Program-made: the position numbers and the translations under genes
Part shown: positions 28,901 through 40,900 of the stretch, one piece after another
Layout: every line of letters begins with the position of its first letter
Position numbering within the stretch: the first letter of the stretch is position 1
The notes under the pieces: generated by a model
What the model saw: only the letters and a program-made list of their open reading frames with translations
Database searches by the model: none
Told to the model about the DNA's origin: nothing
Origin: Lingula anatina
Taxonomy: Eukaryota > Animalia > Brachiopoda
DNA length: 64,000 nt
Assembly (NCBI GenBank): GCA_051362555.1
Contig: CM120641.1
Location: forward strand, 3,534,001-3,598,000
Reading direction: 5' to 3'

Positions 28901-31900
28901 CAGCGAGGTCGTGGAGGTTTTACTGGAGAATGACACACGGGGCAAGGTAAAACTGCCAGCACTTCACATTGCTGCCAAGAAAGATGACACAAAAGCGGCA
29001 GCTCTTTTGCTACAAAATGACCACAATGTAGATGGCGTTTCGAAGGTGAGTTAAGGGTTATGTTGCTATTGTAATTTTTTTTTGAGGGGGGAGGGGGGAT
29101 GAGCATGAGAGTGATTATATTTTTAGAAACAGTTTGATGCAATATTTTTTATAAAGATTGAATAATAAGAAAAAACTAATACAATGAACATGAATTTAGA
29201 CTGCATGTGTTGTATAAAAGAAAATACTAACTTCTCAATATTTGAAGATGCTACACGATTGAACAGAATGATCACAAGAAATTGGAGATCTGATAAGAAA
29301 ATGTAATTGAATTAGTTTTAACTCTGCATCCATTATTCCCATCAGGGATGGGTTTTGTTTGGCACTGTCAGTTGTTCTTATCAATAAAACATAAAGCTTC
29401 TCTCTGGAGAAAGTTCCATATGTTCATGTCATCAGTAATTGGCAGGTGCTATTTTGTATGTGTGTGTGTGTGTGCAATTTCTTCCATTTTTTTGGCACTT
29501 TGTGAAGTGTCGTCTGCACACACACCCCGACATGCCCTGCACATGTCTTATGTCCAGCTGTTCTCTTTCTATCATGCGTTGTCTTGGATAGAGCGGGAGC
29601 TTAGTCAATGATACCACAAAGGTAGATTGTTTGTGTTTATTTCAGCAGAAATGGGAATAATATCACATCTTTCAAGAACCTGTGTTAATTTTCATTTTAA
29701 CAGTGTAGTTGGTTTTTTTTTAACCTGGAAATTTTTTCCATAGATAACATGATCAAAGATGTGACCAATTTTCTGACAAACAGTGAAGTGTTTTATACAT
29801 AAGATTTATAGAAAATGTCTGTGAAAACTTATTCATCTTGTCTTATATGGAAGGAAAGCGTGGGGAAAAAATTAACAGTATATAAATAATTTTTAAACAA
29901 TTTTCAAACACAAAGACCCATTGATTAAAAAAAAATACAATTGGCTTCCAAATAAACAAGGTCACTTCACAGAAACTAGAAGTTGACTTCAGTTTGATCC
30001 AAGGTCTTGGTGTCACGTTGAGATGTGATATTATCCTGACAAAGAGCTGTACATGTTTTTTTCTTTCTTCTGTGGCTTCTTTATTTTATAATGGTCTCAA
30101 TTAGAATAGAGGCTTCACTGTATTGATCTTGACTCCGGCTCTCCTAGTTCATGATGATGTCATAGCCTTCAGGCAGAGATGACAGAATAAATTAACGTGA
30201 AGCTTGGAACCTCTGTCCATCATCTTTCTTTGCCTGAAAAGCTGTATTTACATTTCCTAAGAAACCAAGTGTTGTTGTCATTTCTTCACTGCTTGCTTTT
30301 TCTTTGTAGTTTCAGTATTTTATGTATTTGGCTTTTTTTTTTTTTCATTTTGAATTATGTATGATAAATTGTATGAATCATACACAGCTACAGAAGATAA
30401 TTAAACCAAGATAAGCATGTGATAAAGGATGTTTTTCTTTCTTTTTTATCACACAGACTGAAATCATAGTTTAGATGGTCGTTGTTTGTCTTCATCAGTG
30501 AATCATTATTGCTCAGCTGTTATTTCGTGTAACCATGTTGTTTTGTTCACTGAGTGATCTTAGTGGAATGAAGAATGCTGCAGGTCACCAGTATTGTTTT
30601 TCCCCCATTTGCTTCTTATCCAGGCTGGTTCATCTGCTACCTCAATAATATTTGCTATCTCTTTCAATAGTATATTCACGGAGTCAACGATTTACAGGTT
30701 TCTTATTAAAGTGGCTTGAAATACATTTTCATAATTTAGTTTTGCATTGAATTTTTGTACCTTTTGGATTTTCTGATGAAATGTTATTTACTCAAAACCT
30801 TTTTAGCAGTGATTACCTTAATTTTCAGTTTAAATAATTTTTGTTTGCTTTTCCCAGAGTGGTTTCACTCCCCTCCACATCGCTGCTCACTATGGGAATA
30901 CCAACGTAGGCACCCTCCTCATCCAGAAAGGCGCAGACTTGAACTTCAAAGCAAGGGTAGGTGGCAGCACAGTCAAATTGTGGTGAAGAATGTTAAGGTG
31001 TGGCAAATTTGCATAACAGCTGATTTGGTACATTCCCAGGCATCTCTACTAGTACATAAACTCAAAGGGGTGGCTGTCACAGATAAATAAATGAATAATT
31101 AAAAAAATTGTCTTAAATTTTCAGTTACCTTTGGCCCAAGGTAATAAGCATTGGTCCTTTGAAAGAAATATTGCACCGGTTTTATTAAAAGAAAGAAATT
31201 GCTAATGCTTTAGACTTGCAGCTACTTTCATTTTAGTAGACCACTACATATTTACTTGAATATTTACTAAAATGGGTGTAGGTCAACAGTTTTGGTCTTT
31301 AACTTAAGCATTCCGGCTCAAGTTATTCTGTGAAATTCTCCTGGGTCAGGTTTCATACGATAGAAAAAATGGCACAGTTGACTTGAACCACACTGGTAGC
31401 CTATATATAATATGTTTACCTGTGATTTCAGAATGGCATAGCCCCCCTCCATGTGTCAGCCAAATGGGGCAGGCTGCACATGGTGACACTGCTGCTGGAC
31501 AGTGGAGCAGACGTAGAGGCCAGAACTAAAGATGGACTCACTCCACTCCATTGCTCAGCCAGAAGTGGACATGATCAAGTCACTGACTTGCTGTTGGAGA
31601 GAGGAGCACCTTACTCTGCCAAGACAAAGGTGAGTTGAAAAGATCAAAGTCAGTGCATTTATTTGGAGTTTTGGGAATTTTGCCTAACAACACTTTACAA
31701 TATAAGAGCATAATATTACACCCTTTTTAAGAATGGATAGACTTTTCTTCACGTGGCTGCTCAAGGCCTTGCCATAACTATGCCAGACTCTTCTTTATCT
31801 ATCAATAAACATCTTATCATTAATTTACTGTATTTTATATCTGACTTTCCATATTTTCAGAATGGATTGACTCCACTCCACATGGCTGCCCAGGGAGACC

Positions 31901-34900
31901 ATGTGGACTGCGCCAGACTGTTGCTGTACCACAAAGCACCCGTTGATGATGTCACCGTTGACTACCTGACACCTCTCCATGTAGCTGCTCACTGCGGGAA
32001 TGTGAAAACCGCCAAACTGTTGCTGGATAGAAAAGCGGAACCCAACTCCAGAGCACTGGTGAGAATGGGATGATGACATTGATTGGATTTGAATGTTTGA
32101 AATTATTTTTTGTTGGAAATTGAGAGTTAAAAATAGGTATTGGGATGTAGATAGTGTGGAGTTACTGTTTGAGTTTAATAGTTGCATTCAAGTAACTATT
32201 ACCTTAATATTTTTAATTTCAGAATGGTTTCACCCCTCTGCACATAGCATGCAAGAAGAACAGAATCAAAGTTGTAGAGCTTCTGTTGAAATATGGGGCC
32301 ACCATAGAAGCTACAACAGAGGTAAGGAGATACCACTCTGGTCTATAAGTATAGTCCACTGGTTTTGTCTAGTTCTTGTGAGTCATACTTAACATTTAAA
32401 AAATATCACAGTTGTAATATTAGTTACTGGAAGAAAATTTTAGTTGTAAAATTGCATGATAGATGTTGAAGCTAGCCACTATTAGAAATTTTATAGGTTT
32501 TATTTTAAATGTTTTTTTTTTCACCTTTCAGTCTGGCCTCACTCCCCTCCATGTTGCCTCCTTCATGGGGCACATGAACATCGTGATCTACTTGATCCAA
32601 CAAGGTGCAAATCCAGACTTCCCAACCGTACGTGGCGAGACACCTCTCCATCTTGCTGCACGTGCCAACCAGACCGACATTATTCGAATACTTCTTCGTA
32701 ATGGCGCACACGTGGATGCAAAAGCAAGAGTAAGTAATGCGATTCATATTTTTTGTCAACGTGAAGTGGTTGTTTCTATTTTGTTGGTAGTGGGTCTTAA
32801 CATTTTGGCAAGATATATGTAGACTAAAATAGACTTAAGATTACTCATATTACTTTAAGACTGTGGACCAGAAATCAAATTGAACAAGATGTATATCCAA
32901 CCTAAATTATAATAATTATAATAGAATATAATAAAAATGATCAAAACCATTTTAATGGCTGTTATTATAATAGACCTTAAATTAACTCTTCCTTTCTCTC
33001 TCCCAGGAACAACAAACTCCCTTGCACATTGCGGCCCGCCTGGGAAATGTGGACATTGTTGTGTTGCTGCTCCAACATGGCGCCTCCCCTGACGCTGTCA
33101 CTAAGGACCTGTACACACCGCTGCACATCGCAGCTAAGGAAGGTCAGGAAGAGGTGGCCTCTGTGCTGCTAGAACATGGGGCACAGCTGGACGTACAGAC
33201 TAAGGTAAGGACCTCATTGAAAAGTATCATAAGTTGTGTTATTATTTTTTTTTCTTTTGTAAACAGTTTGGCAAGATTTAAAAAAAAACATTTTTCTGTA
33301 TAATTTACTTGGAAATTATCAGTCTTTTTTATCCAGAAACAGTTTTGGGAAAGAATCTTGGAATAGTTCTATCAGCTGCCTAATTCACTTGGGCATCATT
33401 AGTATTTTCTTTCAACCGACATTTTGGCATAGGTTCTTTGAATAATTTCATCGGTTGTTTAATTCACTTGGGTATCATTATTTTGTTATGGTATTAAATT
33501 GGCTTACTCTTTTGTAAATGTTAGACTAAGGATTCTGCTTTTGTCTCTTTCTCCAAACCACAAGCTGTTTTTAGTAAAATGTTTTTAAGTGCACTTCAGC
33601 TGCAGTGAAAGTCTTCATCACTCTTAAGACATCAGTTTTTTATTTTAAAACTCACTTTTTTGTCAATTTCTTTTGTACCATACGGAATCTTTTATATCAA
33701 ATTATTTCAACTTAAGACTTAATGTATTGCTTAAACATGTTTTCGTTATAGAACACAAAATATTATTATATGAATTGAATTTGTTAACAGAATGTAATTA
33801 TTATTATTATAATTTTAAAATCACAGAAAGGATTCACACCCCTGCATATCGCAGCTAAGTATGGAAACATCAAGGTAGCCCGCCTCTTGCTGCAGAGAGA
33901 AGCTAACCCAGATATTCAGGGCAAGAATGGCCTGACCCCCCTCCATGTGGCAGCTCACTACAACAATGTCAATGTAGCCCTTCTGCTGTTGGAGAATGGA
34001 GCCTCTCCTCATGCAACAGCCAAGGTAGATATATGTTTAAAAAGTGTCATCAGTTGGGTAGATAGTAGAGATCTAAAGGTCTTTTGTCACAAGCTTAGAA
34101 AAATTTATCACTCATGTGGAATATTTTGACATGCCATGTGCCATCTTCATCAGTGTCAGAGTGACAAAGGTGACTTTAAGTCAGTAGTTGAGAGTACTCA
34201 AAGCTGTCCTGATATGTTAGGCTAAATATTACAAAGTTATATTCTAGAACCTATTAAGGTGCTTAACACAGGCCAAGTCAGCTCTGAATGATGGCCTCAA
34301 ATCTCTCAAATCCAAGGCAATATTTTGTCCAGTGACTGTTTAATATTTCCCAGTGACATGTATTAATGCCTTGGGACTATTTTCAGAACGGCTATACTCC
34401 CCTTCACATTGCTGCTAAGAAGAACCAGATGGACATTGCAACCACTCTCCTGGAATATGGTGCTAACCCCAACGCAGAGTCCAAGGTACTTATGCAGTCT
34501 GTTGATTTTTGTCAGTGTGATATGGAATTAAAAAATGAATGAATTTTAAAAACTATTAAAATGAGTAAAGATTAAGATAATTAAATTTGTCACTTTATGC
34601 AGTAATTTAGTAATGGTTTATTAAATTTGTCAGTCGAGCAATTTTAAATAAGAATTGTGTAATTCTGAAGCAGAAACACTTTAATTTGTATTTAAATTTA
34701 TATGCATATTGATATTACATAATTTTATCCTAACTTAAATTTAATATTTGTTCTCTGCTGACGCTTTTCTTGAGATGAGTGTCTGTTCTCGTTTGTCACT
34801 TATATCAGCCTGAAATACATAACTCTGCATTTCAGACAAGTAAGAAGAAGACTTGTTGACTAAATTTCTGTTGTTTATATGCCTTATGCAAAATTTTAAT

Positions 34901-37900
34901 GTGCATGCATTTGTGTGCTAAATCACACGAGAATATTCTGTATTATATCACAAAACACGTGCTGGCAATTGTAGAGTGGGTTCACCCCAATCCATCTGGC
35001 CTCCCAGGAAGGCCACACTGAGATGGTTGAACTTCTCACGGGGCGCGGGGGGGACCCCAATGATGCGTCCAAAGTAAGTAACTAACTAATAACGTTTCAA
35101 GCTGGGTTTTTCTCCTATCTTCCCCCCTCCTTTCTGTGGGAGCATGAAGTGGAGAAACCTCGTTGTTATTGCCATTACTAACAAGTTCTTGTTTGCCTAA
35201 TGCACAAACACTGCTTTCAGAGTGGGTTTACTCCCGTCCACATAGCGGTGCAAGAAGGACACTCTGACATGGTGTCCTTGCTATTGTTTCACAATGCAGA
35301 TCCCAATCAGAGGGCTAGAGTAAGTAGGGTGGACTGTCTTGCATGAGATGGTGCACAGGTGCTGATATCTGGTGGCAGTGGCAGGAGATGGGTTCAGTAA
35401 TAAGGCTGTCTAGAGTCTGTCCTCCCCTCCCTCCCCTCATAAAAAGCTCCATTCCTTCAAAAATCAGTTTTTTCAAAATAAACTTGCCAAAAAGGCTTCT
35501 AGATTTGGTGTTTACATAAACAATGTCTGAAAGATATTCTCCCGCAGTGCCTTTCTTGTTATCCTTGGCTACCAACAAGATTTTACCAATTGGAAAACCA
35601 TCAAATGAGGCACATTTATTAACTCAAATTATGCTGTTAAATGGACTATAAAGTCTTACCACCCCTACCAACACCCCCACCCACCTCTAAGTGCAGCCTT
35701 ATGACCTCCCCATCTTCTCTACTCCATCGCCAGCTCCGCCAATCTCCTCCTGCCTAGCTGGGGCTGGGGCGCGTGTGTGTGTGGTGCTTTACTAACTGAT
35801 ACTCACCTTGTGTGCTGGTTCTTCTCCTCCAGAGTGGTTTCACTCCAACACACCTGGCTTCCCAAGATGGTTACACTGACATAGTGTCCTTGTTGCTGGA
35901 GCATGGGGCACACGCTAACATCAAGGCGCATGTAAGTAGGCTAGGAGGTTACTAATAACTTAGGGACCTGACACAATGTGGGTGTGCAGATTGTCATGAC
36001 ACAATGTGGGTGTGCAGATTGTCATGACACAATGTGGGTGTGCAGATTGTCACACCTAACACAATAGAACACCCATCATGTAGGCTGACACTTCAAACTC
36101 GTTATCACAATCAACATTTTGCATCCCTTTGAGCAAGAATTTAAAAACTTTGGACTTGAGATTTGATAGTACTTACACATACACACATTGTTTATGTTCC
36201 TTACACCACTTTGCTGTCAAAACCAGAAACCAGAAACGATCTGGTGAAAGCAACAAAAGATAAAGCAGGTATCATACACACACCTAGAATAATGTAATAT
36301 GTTAAGCAACATGTACACTACGCCAGCAAATTTGACAAATGTCATTGCTTATTAAGCATATCATACATGTTGGTTTACATGGCATATGGGTTTTTGTAAG
36401 TTCAAGAGCTTTGGTGGGATTTTGGTTGTGTATTGTTGATGTTAATGTATCGCCAAATTCAAACAAGGAAAACAAAGAAAAAACACACTCATTATACTTA
36501 GGAGAATAAAAGAACATGCTATGCCACATAGTTTACTTGTAGACTGTTTTTCACAACACAAAACATGTATATATGAGAGTAGATGATTTGAATTTTTTTC
36601 CACCAAAAATATGACATTTGTTAACTTAGATAGACTCCAATACTTAGACAAACTAACCATAGACTAGACAGAAAGAATTAGTGCATAACAGACCTTGCAG
36701 TAAATCGATAACCTGAGTAGTGGGAGCCATTACTAGAGAATACATTAGCATCTGTTACCATATGCTATAGACCTCGGGGAATGTGTATTTGAAAGGGTTT
36801 TTGTGTAAAAGCTATTTTTATTCTGGTTTTATGTGCATGGTGATGTTTTTTTTTTTTTCTTTTTCTTTTTTTTTTTTTGGTCCATGAGAAATTGGATCTT
36901 GTTGCCCTGTTTGAAATGGACTGAGACAAAAAAATAGACTGGAATGATTTCCGATTTGTATGTGGGTTATTACACAGTGTGCTTTTCCCTTTTCCTTTGG
37001 TATTTTTCCCATCTTTTCAAATGCCATGAAAAATTAATTTAAAATGATTGTGGCTCTTCTGTAACTGAATGAGTCCAAAGATAATTGGCTTTTAAAATGT
37101 CACTGAATGGAAAAATACTGTGAAATGACTGCTTTATTATTTGATTATTTTGACCTGAAATGATTTTACCTATCAATCGCTGTGCCACACAGCCATGAAT
37201 GAAATGACCTGCTTGTACGATGTTTTATATATAATCTTCATATTATTTTGACATACATGAATTAGTTGTAAATTCACATTTGTATAAAGATATGTTGTAT
37301 CTCATTCTTTGAAAATAAGTTATCAGTAAGTATGGAGGCAATTACATGTAAACAACACCAGCTGAAATTTTGGTGTCAGATATAAATGTTCAAGAATTTA
37401 TTAAATTATAACACGGAATTTTTTAATTTTTTATCACGTTTTTATTTCTCTCTCTTTTAAAACCATGTTCATGGAGTAAGCTCCAACTTGTACCCAAGTC
37501 CTTCATGTAATTTCTCCCGTTCCCTTCAGAATGGTTTGACACCAATGCATTTGGCTGCCCAGGAAGACAGAGTGCCTGTGGCAGAAATCCTAGTCAAGAA
37601 AGGAGCTAATATTGATCCGACCACCAAGGTATGGTAACTTAAAAGAAATGTGTCTGATATTTCAGTCAGATTCATATTTGCAAACTTTTTTCAGCACAGT
37701 AAGTAGCGTTGTTTTATCAGACTTGATACTTCAAGCAAAATCAACTGAGACGACAGAGCATTACTGTTGTTGTCCTATGCACTCAGGAAATCTAAATGGT
37801 TTAAATTGAGAGTTCACACATGTTAACTAATATGTATGTAAAAGGTAGAGGCTTCATCAGAACCTGTTGTTTTATTCTATGATATGTTTTGATGGATACC

Positions 37901-40900
37901 GAAATTTTGCAGAAAAACAACTCAGATTTTAGCTTTTAATTGAAGAAACTATTACAGTAAGATAAAGTCTGATTAAGATGAAAGACTGAATTGTCTCTAT
38001 ATCTAGTTGTTATTATTCTTATTCTTATTATTATTAGGCTGGCTACACACCCCTCCACACTGCCTGCCACTTTGGTCAGATCAACATGATCCGGTTCCTT
38101 TTGGAACATGACGCCTCTGTCAACGCCACCACCAAGGTTGGTCACACGCCACTCCACCAGGCGGCGCAGCAGGGCCACGTCATGGTCATAGACCTGCTGA
38201 TTAAATACAAAGCTTCGCCTAATGCAGTCACAAACGTAAGTATGGACCGTGTGCATGTGTTCATATGTGTTATTTCAAGGCAGTGGCTTAATGCTAAAGT
38301 GCTGTATTTAGCAGGAAGTGTAAAAATTGTGTGAGATGTATTCAGAAAGCAATGCTAAATTATTATAGCTGTTTTGTAAAAAAATTCAAAATTGGAGTCA
38401 GTTTTGAGCCAAGGGCAAACCAACACAATTGCATGCAATATATATAGTCACAGTCTCAGTTGTGATACTACTCTTTGATAAAATTTATTTGAACAGCTCA
38501 ATGCAACTATTTTTAAAAGGAAAGAAAAAGTTTGAATTTAATAACATTATTATCGTTGCAAATATCACTGTCTTCCAGAATGGACAAACTCCACTTTCGA
38601 TTGCCCAGCAACTTGGCTACATCTCCGCTGTCGAGGTTCTGAAACCCATCACCACCGTGGTCGTAACCGAGACAACCACCATCAAGGAGCGCGGAAAGTA
38701 CGAGATGGTCGGACCAGAGACCATGCAAGAGACACTCCTTGACACAGACTCTGAGGAGGAAGGAGGTAAGAAATGTGACTTCAGAATAAGAAATAAGGTT
38801 GAATTGGTAAGTTAGGTAGCCTGAGGGGAAAGAAGTATTTTGCAAAAAAAAAAAAAAAAAAAAAAAGGAAATACCGAAAGTTGATTAGGGAAAAGAAGTG
38901 GGATAGAATGTTATGATTTGGAAACATTTGTAACCCATGTTGTTCTTGGGGAGGTCCTTGAGATAGAGGGGTGATTGTCTACTTGTAAATATGGACTCAG
39001 AATAGAAATGAAGATGGTGTAGTATCATTTGCAGATAGCATTATGATTTAAAAGTTCTTAAAAATGCCCAAGTTATGGGGTGGCTGAAATAGGAAAACTC
39101 AAATTTCATGAAAAAAAGGTATATTTAGCAGATTAAGGGGAATAACAACAAAATAACAGTTTAATGTGACAATAGAAGAGGGTGGAGGGTGGCAAAAATG
39201 TCCTAAGCATTAAACCATTCAGAACCATTTGCAATGAAATTTTTAGTACCGTACATATTCTGCCTTGGCATACTGTTATTGATTGATTTGTTTCTATGAG
39301 TCATTCAGGAAATGAGATATCATCCTGTGGCCATAGTAGATCAATAAAGTTGTCAGCCAGATTGATGATGTGTCTATCTGCATGTATCATAAGGGCAGAA
39401 GCCAGACAGTTTTATTACTTCTACATTAGAACATGCATATAACCCAGAAATACTGTACAGTCCCTATCTCATTAGAAAAGATGTATGGAAATTGCTAGCA
39501 TGACAATAATGACTTGAGTCCTCTGCTAATCACGAGATGGCAAAAATTGATGAATTGGGATATAATATATGGTGTGGTAAAATTGATTGTGTTGGACATG
39601 TTGCCTTGACGTTGAAGGGATTTGATATGCATTGCTTTATTCCTGAGAATGACAAGTGATAACCTAATCAATGGAGTGTATGGGTCTTGTTATTGATTGG
39701 TAGGGTAGAGTGTGTAGCAAGTAGTATTAAGAGATTGGTATTTTTTTTCTTTTTGCATATGGAAATTTCTTGTAGGATATTGTATTGGGAAATTTTTACA
39801 GAGTGAATTGAAATTTTAAATGTATGCTATGATCATTTGATAAAGTAGTTACTTAAAAATAAATTGAATGAATACTTGTCAAAATTCTCTTTGTGAGTGA
39901 TTATTATTATTTTGAAAAGAGATAATCAAAATCATTAAAAGCTTGAATCTAAAATTTTGATAAAAATATAACTTCACAATGTTGAATATTCTAGAATTTA
40001 AGTAACTACTTTTTCAGCAAGAACATTTTTTTTTACTTATAACATTTTTGCATGAAACTATTATATTGATGTTGTATATAAATATATATTGATATGGAGT
40101 ATGCCCATATTCTGTCAATATTCTATTCATGTACCCTCTTGCATTGAATTGCTGATACCTCATGCACCCGCTTTAGACTGTTGCTTAATTGTCCACTAAG
40201 CCTTGAGCCTCGAAACCCAGAGTCATTTCTCCAAGCATGTGTCTCAATTTGCACTTATATCAATGTTATCAAAGTGTAACCAATCCTGCTTGCATGCAAA
40301 TGCTCTATAGAAACTAACAGCTTTACTTATTATCTCTCACATTCAGAACATATTACCTCTACAGCTGCACATAATGAACATATTCTCCTTACTGATAGTG
40401 TGAGCATTCTACTGAATCCTCTGAGAAGCATGTGTCATTATAGTAACAGACTCATGGAATTGAAGTGCATTCTAACATTGCATGACCATGCTCAAAATAT
40501 TCCCATATAGAATACTTTCAGCATATTCAGAGATGCCGATACACATACTAATATTTCCAAGAACACATTTCCACCAAATTACACTGTTGTACACCAGCAG
40601 TGACACGCATGTGCATGATAACACGTATCATAGTTAATACTATCTTTTCAACAAAAATTTGACTCATGTTAACTAAAATTACCAAATTCATCCCCATCAC
40701 CTTTTTTCTGTAACATAACCAAACAACATAAGGACAAATTCAAGTCAAATATCAACTATACCAGTTACGCTAAAGGTGGTATGCAGTGGTGCCCCCTATA
40801 CTCACACTCAGTGGTCATAGTGGTTGCTTATCTCTGTGCTGTCCCCCCAGGTGAAGTGTTTGCTGTAGAAGACTATATGCCTCGCTCCCCATTACTGGGA

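Noticed and set aside
31825-32187. Antisense ORFs overlapping ankyrin exons (also 37936-38256, 38513-38845)
   Set aside because: Shadow ORFs of the coding strand
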